DNA of 29,077 nt from a virus (lineage: Duplodnaviria > Caudoviricetes): the IMG/VR virus record IMGVR_UViG_3300042864_000506, positions 1 to 29,077 of that record. One strand, written 5' to 3'. Below are positions 9,779 to 18,627 of the stretch, one piece after another (the stretch's first letter is position 1; every line of letters starts with the position of its first letter). The notes beneath the pieces were generated by a model. That model searched no databases. It was given only the letters and a program-made list of their open reading frames with translations, and was not told where the DNA came from. A program made the translations under genes and the position numbers.

Positions 9779-11797
9779 ATGAAAATATTTGAACCATTAA
9801 TAACAGGGTCCCTTTCAGTATCAGGTTCGGCACACGTAAGAGGTGATTTAACCGTACTTGGGACTATAAACGCTACGATTAGCGGTACAACATCAAACGC
9901 GGTGAGTGCGTCAACCGCACTGTACGCAAATGATGCAGATAAATTAGACGGTAAAGATTCTTCCGAATTTGCGATAACAGGAAGTAATATATTCAAAGCG
10001 AACCAAACAATTACAGGTTCACTTTATGTTACTGACGATATCATATTAAATGGACAGTCTTACACTGGACAAACTTCAGGAACATCAGGTACAAGTGGAA
10101 CTGCCGGAACAAGTGGAACTTCAGGTTCTTCGGGTTCGAGCGGTAGTGCCGGTACCAGCGGTTCTTCAGGAACGTCTGGTAGTTCTGGTTCATCTGGAAC
10201 ATCAGGATCCGCGGGAACATCAGGTTCTAGTGGTTCTTCAGGATCTTCAGGATCAAGTGGAACTGCCGGTACGTCAGGTTCTAGCGGTTCTTCAGGAAGT
10301 TCAGGTACATCAGGTTCTAGTGGTTCATCAGGTTCAAACGGGTCTTCAGGAACATCTGGTACCTCGGGTTCAAACGGGTCTTCAGGAACATCTGGTACCT
10401 CAGGTTCATCAGGTTCAAGCGGAACATCTGGTTCTAGCGGTAGTTCAGGTTCTTCAGGAACGGCCGGTACTTCAGGTACCTCGGGTAGTTCAGGTTCTTC
10501 AGGAAGTTCAGGTAGTTCTGGGTCTAGTGGAACGGCCGGTACGTCAGGTTCTAGCGGTTCTTCAGGAAGTTCAGGAACTGTTACTTTAAGTGGCACAACA
10601 GATAATGGTTTATTAACGTTGAACGGTAGTTCACCTAACGTTAGTGTTGAACCTAACTTAACTTTTGATGGTACAACATTAACAGTTACGGGTGACATTT
10701 TAGTTACTAATAATCTATTAGTTCAAGGTACAAATACAAATTTACAAGTTACCAACTTATATGTTGAGGATAAATTAATCACATTAGCAAGTGGGTCATT
10801 ATCTGCAGCTGCAGCTAATGGTGCGGGTATTGAGGTTGTTGGTCCAGCAACGGGAGCAACATTCACATATGCAAATGCTGACGATAGTTGGAACTCGAAT
10901 AAAAAATTAAATGTTCCATCACTTTCAATTAACGGAACTTTATATTCCGCAGCAACCTCAGGCTCATCAGGTTCCTCTGGTTCAAGTGGGTCATCAGGTT
11001 CTTCTGGAAGTTCTGGTTCAAGCGGGTCATCAGGTACATCAGGAACATCAGGTTCTAGTGGATCATCAGGTTCTAGTGGATCATCAGGTTCGTCAGGTTC
11101 AAGTGGTTCGTCTGGAACAAGTGGCTCTTCAGGTTCTAATGGATCTTCGGGTACATCAGGTTCTAGTGGATCATCAGGTTCTTCAGGAACAAGTGGTTCA
11201 TCAGGAAGTTCTGGAAGTTCAGGAACATCAGGTTCTAGTGGTTCTTCAGGTAGTTCAGGAACATCAGGTTCTAGCGGTTCTTCAGGTAGTTCAGGTTCAA
11301 GTGGATCATCAGGTACAACAACAATTACAAACGCATCTGCTGACCGTATAATGACAAGTGAAGGTGGGGTTACTCTAAATGCGGAAGCGGGTTTAACATT
11401 TAATGGAACAACACTATTTGTAAACGGAGCATTAGGTGTAGGTACATCAACACCAACCACTACGGGTTTAATCAGAGCAACAAATGATGTGATTGCATTC
11501 TTTGGTTCTGACGAAAGATTGAAAGAAAACATATTTACAATTACAGGTTCTTTAGATATATTAAAACAAATAAACGGTTATTATTTCGATTGGAAAGAAA
11601 TGCCGGGTATACATGAGAACGAAGGACGTGATATTGGGGTAATTGCACAAGAAATAAATGCGGTACTACCTGAAATTGTAACTACAAGAGATAATGGATA
11701 TATGGCCGTTAAATATGAAAAATTAGTGGCACTATTAATTCAGACAAACAAAGAGTTATTAGAGAGAGTTGAAGCTTTAGAGGCAAAAAATAAATAA
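9779..11797 (+). CDS. Tail fibre/spike-like virion protein with two Ser/Gly triplet tracts and a C-terminal intramolecular chaperone (peptidase S74) domain
   Basis: C-terminal FGSDERLKENI...YFDW...IGVIAQE...PEIV...VKYEKLVALLI followed by a coiled coil is the S74/CIMCD signature. ADKLDGKDS and the ITGSL beta motifs are typical of phage fibres. Confidence 0.88.
   Translation: MKIFEPLITGSLSVSGSAHVRGDLTVLGTINATISGTTSNAVSASTALYANDADKLDGKDSSEFAITGSNIFKANQTITGSLYVTDDIILNGQSYTGQTSGTSGTSGTAGTSGTSGSSGSSGSAGTSGSSGTSGSSGSSGTSGSAGTSGSSGSSGSSGSSGTAGTSGSSGSSGSSGTSGSSGSSGSNGSSGTSGTSGSNGSSGTSGTSGSSGSSGTSGSSGSSGSSGTAGTSGTSGSSGSSGSSGSSGSSGTAGTSGSSGSSGSSGTVTLSGTTDNGLLTLNGSSPNVSVEPNLTFDGTTLTVTGDILVTNNLLVQGTNTNLQVTNLYVEDKLITLASGSLSAAAANGAGIEVVGPATGATFTYANADDSWNSNKKLNVPSLSINGTLYSAATSGSSGSSGSSGSSGSSGSSGSSGSSGTSGTSGSSGSSGSSGSSGSSGSSGSSGTSGSSGSNGSSGTSGSSGSSGSSGTSGSSGSSGSSGTSGSSGSSGSSGTSGSSGSSGSSGSSGSSGTTTITNASADRIMTSEGGVTLNAEAGLTFNGTTLFVNGALGVGTSTPTTTGLIRATNDVIAFFGSDERLKENIFTITGSLDILKQINGYYFDWKEMPGIHENEGRDIGVIAQEINAVLPEIVTTRDNGYMAVKYEKLVALLIQTNKELLERVEALEAKNK
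10073..10576 (+). repeat. Tract 1: 56 x (S/T)-(S/A/N)-G triplets (9-nt period)
   Basis: 504 nt = 168 aa with Gly at every third residue and varied synonymous codons. Contains a 36-nt tandem duplication (10331-10402) and a 41-nt exact repeat (10265-10305 / 10535-10575). Confidence 0.95.
10955..11314 (+). repeat. Tract 2: 40 x (S/T)-(S/N)-G triplets
   Basis: 360 nt = 120 aa with Gly at every third residue and no interruption. Confidence 0.95.
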
Positions 11798-11841
11798 TGT
11801 AGGTTAAGCGTAAGTTTAATTAGTCAAACAAATTAATAGTT

Positions 11842-12057
11842 ATGGGTTTAATACCTACAACAGGAAGCGAAGTAAGTATGGGTAGAATTGGGGTGGCTCT
11901 CGGAGTCATCCCAAATGCCACTACACAGGTGGCACTAAACGCACAATTAGGTACGGGTCGTAACCGTTCATTATCAGGAGTTGCTAGTATTGCTTCAGGA
12001 TCTCAAACCGAAGAAGGGGCTAGTTTTGGTGGTTTGGAAACAACAGGTACGTATTAA
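11842..12057 (+). CDS. Small Gly/Ala/Ser/Thr-rich protein, probably virion- or fibre-associated
   Basis: 71 aa (MGLIPTTGSEVSMG...); composition resembles the fibre gene directly upstream. Confidence 0.55.
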   Translation: MGLIPTTGSEVSMGRIGVALGVIPNATTQVALNAQLGTGRNRSLSGVASIASGSQTEEGASFGGLETTGTY

Positions 12058-12058
12058 T

Positions 12059-12087
12059 TTTACATTTTCATAAAATTTATTTATATT
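12059..12087 (+). promoter_or_regulatory. Putative promoter TTTACA-N17-TATATT
   Basis: Hexamers at 12059-12064 and 12082-12087; the ATG at 12094 follows after 6 nt. Confidence 0.55.
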
Positions 12088-12093
12088 ATACGT

Positions 12094-12537
12094 ATGAATC
12101 TTACGTATAAGAATTATCCATCAAAATACGAATTACAATACGTTAAATGGAACGGAATTAACTTTGATAGAGAAAGACTCATCAAGTTTATTAAACGTCT
12201 CAGATTAACGTATTTTTTGTCTTTTATACCCTATTACAGAAAGGAACATCAGATACTCATCCAAATATTAAACACATACGATAAAGTTCGGATTGAAGGT
12301 ATGTTGAGTGGGGATGAGAACATTTTAAGAATGTGTCTTATTGAGAAATGGGCGAGAATTGCATCAGTCGACATCCTTCTAACAAACACATACTCTAGAT
12401 TAACTTACACAACAATTAGTAATTTACCAATAAAAGACTTCCAACTTCTATCTAAAAGAGTTGAGGAGATGGTAAAAGCGGGAAGAAATTTAACATTTCA
12501 ATCCGATAACTCATCAAATAATATACCCGGCACATGA
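12094..12537 (+). CDS. Hypothetical helical protein
   Basis: 147 aa ORF with its own promoter-like element and an ATGA overlap with the next gene; no recognised motif. Confidence 0.6.
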   Translation: MNLTYKNYPSKYELQYVKWNGINFDRERLIKFIKRLRLTYFLSFIPYYRKEHQILIQILNTYDKVRIEGMLSGDENILRMCLIEKWARIASVDILLTNTYSRLTYTTISNLPIKDFQLLSKRVEEMVKAGRNLTFQSDNSSNNIPGT

Positions 12538-13181
12538 AAAAATCATTAAACAATAGTTCAATGTGGGACGTTAGACCCGTAAAATTATCAATACTTGTTC
12601 CAACAAGAGATACAGTACATTCACATTTCGCATACTGTTTAACACAATTAGTTAGAACAACATCGGAGGCGGGAATTGATACATATCTATTCTTTGATTC
12701 AAATACCATATTATTAAATCAACGTGAAAAACTAATTGAGAAAGCGAAAGAAGTTCGTTCTGATTATGTTTTATGGTTAGATAGCGATATGATGTTCCCG
12801 TCAACCACAGCATTAAGATTATTGGAACATAATAAAGATATTGTGGCGTGTAATTACATGAAACGAGCAAAACCCTTAAAGACTGTTGCATACACTGACT
12901 TAACAAATTGGGATAGTTGGGTTCCTCTCGAACCTAAAGATGAATTGGTAAAGGTTGAAGGAGTTGGTATGGGTTGTATGTTAATGAAATTAAATATATT
13001 TGACAAACTACAAAAACCATATTTTGAATTTACATACAAGGAAGACAGTCAAGACTGGTATGGTGAAGATTTTAATCTACTTAAAAAATTAAGAGATTTA
13101 GGGTACGATGTTTTAATTGATACCATATTGAGTATGGACATTAAACATCTTGGGATATATGCGTTCGGTTCAGAAAATTAA
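12534..13181 (+). CDS. GT2-like (GT-A) glycosyltransferase
   Basis: ILVPTRD, YVLWLDSDMMFP (DxD), GVGMGCMLMK, GEDFN, IKHLG. Confidence 0.8.
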   Translation: MKKSLNNSSMWDVRPVKLSILVPTRDTVHSHFAYCLTQLVRTTSEAGIDTYLFFDSNTILLNQREKLIEKAKEVRSDYVLWLDSDMMFPSTTALRLLEHNKDIVACNYMKRAKPLKTVAYTDLTNWDSWVPLEPKDELVKVEGVGMGCMLMKLNIFDKLQKPYFEFTYKEDSQDWYGEDFNLLKKLRDLGYDVLIDTILSMDIKHLGIYAFGSEN

Positions 13182-14287
13182 ATCTGTCTATTAATTTTTA
13201 TTAACATGTTACCTGTTTTATATTCGCCAGGTTCGTAATAAGGTATTGATAATCTTATTAATTGTAACATAGACACATCTTCTTCTGTAAATGGAGATGT
13301 TTCCGTAATCATTACATCAACACCATCTGTAAGGGTAAATTTAGACCTTAAATCATAACGGGTATTCTTCTGTTCATTCTCAATATAGTCGTCAGGAATC
13401 AACCCTAAATCAATCTTATCGAAGAAGGGTTCCACATTGTATAATAAACTTTTATTACGAGTCTTTAATCCCATAGTAAAAGTATTATATGTAAATGTAT
13501 TCTCTTCCCAATATCTAATTTGATTAAATCCGTGTATTGGTAATCCCCACTTTCTAATGAAATTTCTATTAGAAGACATTTCAATTTTCAATCTATCATT
13601 TTTATAGTCGTCACTAAATCTTGATGTCTGCGAAACAAAATGATAGGTTATTGCTGAGTCACAGGTTTTTAATTCATAACCTTTTAGTTTCGCACGAATT
13701 AAAAAATCATCATCTTCACAAAAACATGGTACAAAACTAAACCCGTCGAAGTAACCAACATCTTCGAACATTTTTTTATAACCACTCATAAAGAATACTG
13801 CACCATCATAAAGATTGTCACCATCTTTCCATTGATTAACATAACTATCGAAACGGAACTTATCGAAATTTTCAAATCCCGAACCTAAATCCATTAACAC
13901 TTTACCCGGTCTTTTATGTCCTGCAAATATGGGAGGTTCGATTGTTGTATAAGATAACAACATATTGGGTTTTAATAATCTTTCAATCGATTCTAAAAAT
14001 CCTTCACCTATCACCATATCGTTATGTATCAAAACTAATTTTTCAGTATCGACTAATTTAATACCAACGTTATATGTGTCAGAGAAAGTTAATCTATCAT
14101 CATCATGAAATATGGTTACGTAGTCGTCAATCTCAGATATTTCTTGTAACCATTCTTTAGTACCATCACTTGAACCACCACTACTAATAACCAAGGGTGC
14201 CTTTGGATATAATTCACGAAGATGATTATAACAATTTTTTGTTAAATCTAATTTATTTAAAACCGCTAATACAAAAGTTATATCCAT
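13178..14287 (-). CDS. GT2-family glycosyltransferase
   Basis: GSSDGTKEWL, LVLIHNDMV, VGYFD...EDDDF, YHFVSQTS. Confidence 0.85.
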   Translation of the reverse strand: MDITFVLAVLNKLDLTKNCYNHLRELYPKAPLVISSGGSSDGTKEWLQEISEIDDYVTIFHDDDRLTFSDTYNVGIKLVDTEKLVLIHNDMVIGEGFLESIERLLKPNMLLSYTTIEPPIFAGHKRPGKVLMDLGSGFENFDKFRFDSYVNQWKDGDNLYDGAVFFMSGYKKMFEDVGYFDGFSFVPCFCEDDDFLIRAKLKGYELKTCDSAITYHFVSQTSRFSDDYKNDRLKIEMSSNRNFIRKWGLPIHGFNQIRYWEENTFTYNTFTMGLKTRNKSLLYNVEPFFDKIDLGLIPDDYIENEQKNTRYDLRSKFTLTDGVDVMITETSPFTEEDVSMLQLIRLSIPYYEPGEYKTGNMLIKINRQI

Positions 14288-15276
14288 TATTTTGGTTGTT
14301 TGTTAATCCACTCATATGTTTTTATTAAACCATCATATAATGGTTGAGTGGGTTGCCATCCTAATTTTTCTTGAATTAATTTATTGTCACTGTTTCTTCC
14401 TCTTACACCTGTCGGACCATCAATGTGTTTAACATATACCTCTTTACCACTAATGTCGGTAACATATCGAACTAGTTGATTGATAGTGACCATTTCATCA
14501 CTACCAATATTAACGGGACCCGTGAAATTAGAATTCATTAATCTAATCACACCCTCGAGGCATTCATCGATATATAAGAATGAACGAGTTTGTTCTCCAT
14601 CACCCCACACTTCAATCTCACCACCATCTAACACTTCAGAAATTTTTCTAGATATGGCTGCGGGTGCTTTCTCTTTACCACCTTTATATGTTCCGTAAGG
14701 ACCAAAGATGTTATGAAAACGAGCAATTCTTACATCAATACCATAATTTCTATTGTACGCCAAATAAAGTCTTTCACTAAATAATTTCTCCCATCCATAT
14801 TCAGAATCAGGATTAGCAGGATATGCTGAAGATTCTTCACAATTTGGGTTGTTAGGGTCCAATTGATTATGTTCAGGATACATACACGCAGAAGAAGAAT
14901 AAAATATTTTCTTCACACCCATTGAAGTTGCGTAATGTAAAACATTTAAATTAACTAATGAAGAATTGTGCATAACGTTCGCATCGTTTTCACCAGTAAA
15001 AATATAACCAGCACCTCCCATATCTGCTGCCAATTGATACACCTCATCAAATGCACCAACCTCTGTTGTTGATTGATTAGGGACAAACATTATTTTTGAC
15101 ACAAAATTTGGATTTCTTAAATCACCTAAAATAAATTCAGAACAAAATTCATTTTCATTAAAGTATTCATGATTTTTAATGTCAACTGCTCTAACAAAAT
15201 GACCCTCATCTTTTAATCTTTTAGAAAGGTGACCACCAATAAAACCGCCACCACCTAACACCAATATCTTTTTCAT
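14287..15276 (-). CDS. NAD-dependent epimerase, GDP-mannose 3,5-epimerase (GME)-like
   Basis: GGGGFIG, VYQLAADMGGAGYI, YSSSACMYP (catalytic Cys), YGWEK (YxxxK), GKEKAPAA (catalytic Lys region), GVRGRNSDN. Confidence 0.88.
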   Translation of the reverse strand: MKKILVLGGGGFIGGHLSKRLKDEGHFVRAVDIKNHEYFNENEFCSEFILGDLRNPNFVSKIMFVPNQSTTEVGAFDEVYQLAADMGGAGYIFTGENDANVMHNSSLVNLNVLHYATSMGVKKIFYSSSACMYPEHNQLDPNNPNCEESSAYPANPDSEYGWEKLFSERLYLAYNRNYGIDVRIARFHNIFGPYGTYKGGKEKAPAAISRKISEVLDGGEIEVWGDGEQTRSFLYIDECLEGVIRLMNSNFTGPVNIGSDEMVTINQLVRYVTDISGKEVYVKHIDGPTGVRGRNSDNKLIQEKLGWQPTQPLYDGLIKTYEWINKQPK

Positions 15277-16293
15277 TTAAATCAAATTTAATTTTACAAA
15301 TATATCTTTATTAACACTAACCCAACTTTGTAATTTTTCCAACCCCTCTTCCACACCAATTTTAGGTACCCAACCAATTGTGTTCTTTAGTTTAGTAATA
15401 TCACTCACATATATTTTTTGGTCACCTGGTCTCCAATCACTGTATTGATAGTTCAGTACATTTTGTTTACCCAACGTATTCAATAACTCTAACAACGATA
15501 ATGTGTTATCTTCACCACCACCAACATTGAATATTTGACCTTTACATTTATCTATGTTATTAATTATTGTTTCATAAAGGTTAATCAGGTCGTCAATGTG
15601 TAGAACGTCTCTCACTTGTTTACCGTCACCATAGATAAAAAACTTTTTACCGAATGTTGAGGCGATTGTAAACCATGCAACCCAACCTTGGTCTTCAATA
15701 CCAAATTGATTTTGACCATAGATACACGACTGTCTTAATACCACAGTTTTTAATTCATATATTCTACTGTAATCTCTAACATACTGATCTGCGGAACCTT
15801 TTGAACAACCATAAGGTGAATGAAAATCTAATGGAGTTTCTTCATTTACACCACCATCAAACACATATGAATATCTCTTTTCTTCCTCAATTAAATCACT
15901 TTGGTAGTTACCATATACCTTATTTGTTGATGCGAATAACAAAGTTGTATTAGGTGAATGAAGTCTTATAGATTCCAATATATTAAACGTTCCTAAAGCA
16001 TTTATTTCAAAATCCTCTCTTGGGTTTGTTACTGAAAATGTAACAGCAACTTGACCTGCCAAATGAAGTACAACGTCAGGTTGTATTTTTTTAAACACGT
16101 CCTCTATATCAAAGAAGTTACGTATGTCTTTAACATGTAACGTGATGTTTTTATTATTTGAAATCGTTTCATAGTTTTCCATATTACCTTTACGAGAAAC
16201 GTTGTCGACGATATGGATTTCATTATCTGTTGAAAAATACTTTGCTGCGTTTATACCAATAAAACCTAACCCACCTGTAATTAAAATCTTCAT
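15277..16293 (-). CDS. rfbE: CDP-paratose 2-epimerase (CDP-tyvelose synthesis, RfbE/Tyv)-like SDR
   Basis: GGLGFIG, HLAGQVAVT, STNKVYG, FHSPYGCSKG, RQSCIYG..QFGIEDQGWVAWF, GKQVRDVL, WRPGDQ. Confidence 0.82.
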   Translation of the reverse strand: MKILITGGLGFIGINAAKYFSTDNEIHIVDNVSRKGNMENYETISNNKNITLHVKDIRNFFDIEDVFKKIQPDVVLHLAGQVAVTFSVTNPREDFEINALGTFNILESIRLHSPNTTLLFASTNKVYGNYQSDLIEEEKRYSYVFDGGVNEETPLDFHSPYGCSKGSADQYVRDYSRIYELKTVVLRQSCIYGQNQFGIEDQGWVAWFTIASTFGKKFFIYGDGKQVRDVLHIDDLINLYETIINNIDKCKGQIFNVGGGEDNTLSLLELLNTLGKQNVLNYQYSDWRPGDQKIYVSDITKLKNTIGWVPKIGVEEGLEKLQSWVSVNKDIFVKLNLI

Positions 16294-17357
16294 ATTTTTG
16301 TTTTTATTAAGTCATTCCACATATCGTAGATTAATTTTTTTCTTTGTTCGTTGAATAATTGCATGTTAATACTAATTTCATTTGGATTCACTTCGTTCAC
16401 CAATTTATTTAAATGTTCGAATGATTCAAATTGTTGTATATGTGGCATCCATTTTGTATCATAGAAATCCGAATACTGTAACCATTCATAAACACTATCA
16501 TGGTTTGTATAATCATTTGGGTCAAACTGTCCTTTATAATCTATTACAGATTTACCACCACGACCCAAATCACCATTCCACGATATTTCTTTTAAGATAC
16601 CGGGGTAACCTTTTTTATATAAATCGATAAGGAAATCTTTTGTTGGTACAAATAGCGGAATGTTTGCTGTGTACTGCTCAAATATCGACATGTACGATAT
16701 CTGATATGGCATGTGAATAATACCCTTGAACTTAGTTAAATCCTTATGTTTATGTGATTGAAATATATCACCTTTGTATGTGATGTTGGGTGATGTAAGT
16801 TCGTTAATTTTACCCTTAGAGTAGTATAGGAAGTCCTCACGTTCTGGATTATAATATTCACCGTAGTAATCACAAATACTTGGTATGTGTTTCACTTCTC
16901 TTTCGATGAAGTCCTCCATATATTTTTTATCATAGAGGTTATTTGCAACCAATATGATTTTACCACTATCAACACCGTCTCTTAAAAAATCATTAAAATA
17001 TTCCCAATCATTTTTTCTAAACGAGAACGGCCATTCATATCTAATTGGATTATTAATGATGATTGGCTTATCAAAATGTTTGTAAAGTAATGAGAACGGA
17101 GGTGGATAAGTTACAATGAATGCGTCATAATCTTTTAACTCGTCTTTATACGTATTATAAAATTCGTCCGAAAATTGAGACGGAGTCATGTTTCTCCAAC
17201 GACCACCATCTAACATAGGTATGGATGCTCGTTCTTTATTGAAAACCCATGTGTGGTCAGATAAAGACCAGTCGGTAACTTCATGACCTAAGTCATTAAA
17301 TATTTTTCTCATATCGGCAATGATAGAGATATGTAAGTCTATATTAAAAAATTTCAT
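16290..17357 (-). CDS. Hypothetical protein, possible GT-B glycosyltransferase
   Basis: 355 aa ORF inside the operon; GIIHMPYQISYMSIFEQYTANIPLFVP resembles the GT-B C-terminal E...P donor-binding region. Confidence 0.5.
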   Translation of the reverse strand: MKFFNIDLHISIIADMRKIFNDLGHEVTDWSLSDHTWVFNKERASIPMLDGGRWRNMTPSQFSDEFYNTYKDELKDYDAFIVTYPPPFSLLYKHFDKPIIINNPIRYEWPFSFRKNDWEYFNDFLRDGVDSGKIILVANNLYDKKYMEDFIEREVKHIPSICDYYGEYYNPEREDFLYYSKGKINELTSPNITYKGDIFQSHKHKDLTKFKGIIHMPYQISYMSIFEQYTANIPLFVPTKDFLIDLYKKGYPGILKEISWNGDLGRGGKSVIDYKGQFDPNDYTNHDSVYEWLQYSDFYDTKWMPHIQQFESFEHLNKLVNEVNPNEISINMQLFNEQRKKLIYDMWNDLIKTKI

Positions 17358-17973
17358 TAGTCAAATTGTATAATTTATTCATTAATTCGGTTGTCTTAAT
17401 ATAATGAAAAGTAATGAAATTTTGTACATCATTATCATTAATTTTGTAAAATTCGGGCGGTTGGGATTTGAATAATGGGTAATCTTGTATTGGTATGTTT
17501 AGGTCCCTTAAAGCATATCCCAAGGTAACATCAGCATATGTAGTATTTCTATTAGGAACATTACCTTTAATTAATTGTAAAATCTTATTACTAACCAATT
17601 TTCCAGCACCTCCAGATACATAGTACAATGATTTATCGGAATGGTATGTGTTTAATTCCTGACCATAAACAATAGTTTCATCAAAATCCGTTATTTTTTC
17701 GGATAGTAATTTTGTATTGACAAACGTATCATTATCACAAAATAAAAACCAATCATAGTCTTGATATCTATCAGGTATTAAATTTAAAATATTACAAAAC
17801 TTTTCTTCGTTTGATTTATAACTGGAATCATTTGAAGATTTAATTATATTTTTATCAAAATCCTCATGATCGGAATAAAATATACAATCAACATTTTGAC
17901 CCCACGTATTCATTACATTATCATACCTCTCATTTTGATTTTGGGTATGCATAATCACATATAAAATTTTCAT
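17344..17973 (-). CDS. Fringe/GT31-like beta-1,3-glycosyltransferase
   Basis: NTWG, YDWFLFCDNDTFVN (DxD), YVSGGAG, ADVTLGYAL and ITFHY occur in the motif order of Fringe/C1GalT-type enzymes. Confidence 0.75.
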   Translation of the reverse strand: MKILYVIMHTQNQNERYDNVMNTWGQNVDCIFYSDHEDFDKNIIKSSNDSSYKSNEEKFCNILNLIPDRYQDYDWFLFCDNDTFVNTKLLSEKITDFDETIVYGQELNTYHSDKSLYYVSGGAGKLVSNKILQLIKGNVPNRNTTYADVTLGYALRDLNIPIQDYPLFKSQPPEFYKINDNDVQNFITFHYIKTTELMNKLYNLTNEIF

Positions 17974-18626
17974 CGTATTGCTAAATAATCGTTATTAAAT
18001 GGTTCATCGTTAATATTCATTCTTTCACCAATAAACCTACCGTTTTCTCTTTTTATTGGAAATGGTTTCTTTTCAAAAAAATCATCATGTGTACATCTAT
18101 CATTTTCAAACACGTTGTATATTGTTTTTAAAAAAGTTTGATCTATACCATATCCCATAGTTTTATTTTTGGAAAAGTTTTCAATCGACTCTTTCATTGG
18201 TATTGTGTTACCTTTGATTCCCCACATACCACCTAATATACCTAAAGCGTTGTTACCATACGGTATTTGATGTGCCGGATGGTCTCTCATAACATGAATT
18301 GTTTTTCCACTCTCAATCCACTCATTTACCGCCATTTTTTCACGAATAGATAATCTTGAATCACCATCTCTAAAAATTGCAAATTCACAATCTGGTAAAT
18401 CCGAGGCAAAAAATCTCCAAAACATACCGTGAGTGTGACCATCCACATTAACTAATTTAACATTTAAATTTTCTAAAATGTTAAGGGTTTCTGTTGGTAC
18501 TGAATTATCATGATAGACTATCATCTGCCAACCCGGATATATTTTAGGTACTTGTTCAGCATTTTTTACCATCCCAATGTTATACAGTTCATTGTCTCCC
18601 CATAAAGAATAACTTATATATCTCAT
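17970..18626 (-). CDS. GT-A-like hypothetical glycosyltransferase
   Basis: ISYSLWG, MFWRF, IFRDGDSRL (DxD), HVMRDHPAH, ILGGMWG, DQTFL. Start placed at ATG 18626, just after the upstream stop, rather than 18638. Confidence 0.6.
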   Translation of the reverse strand: MRYISYSLWGDNELYNIGMVKNAEQVPKIYPGWQMIVYHDNSVPTETLNILENLNVKLVNVDGHTHGMFWRFFASDLPDCEFAIFRDGDSRLSIREKMAVNEWIESGKTIHVMRDHPAHQIPYGNNALGILGGMWGIKGNTIPMKESIENFSKNKTMGYGIDQTFLKTIYNVFENDRCTHDDFFEKKPFPIKRENGRFIGERMNINDEPFNNDYLAIR

Positions 18627-18627
18627 A

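Noticed and set aside
10073-11314. CRISPR array or diversity-generating retroelement template/variable repeat
   Set aside because: The repeats are in-frame coding triplets with no unique spacers. No reverse transcriptase or adenine-specific mismatch pair was seen.
10050-11532. Long alternative-frame and antisense ORFs over the fibre gene (10050-10589 +, 10911-11351 +, 10060-10698 -, 10723-11532 -; Pro/Glu- or Val/Gln-rich)
   Set aside because: Shadows of the stop-free 9-nt Ser/Gly repeat; their boundaries track the repeats and they have no independent start signals.
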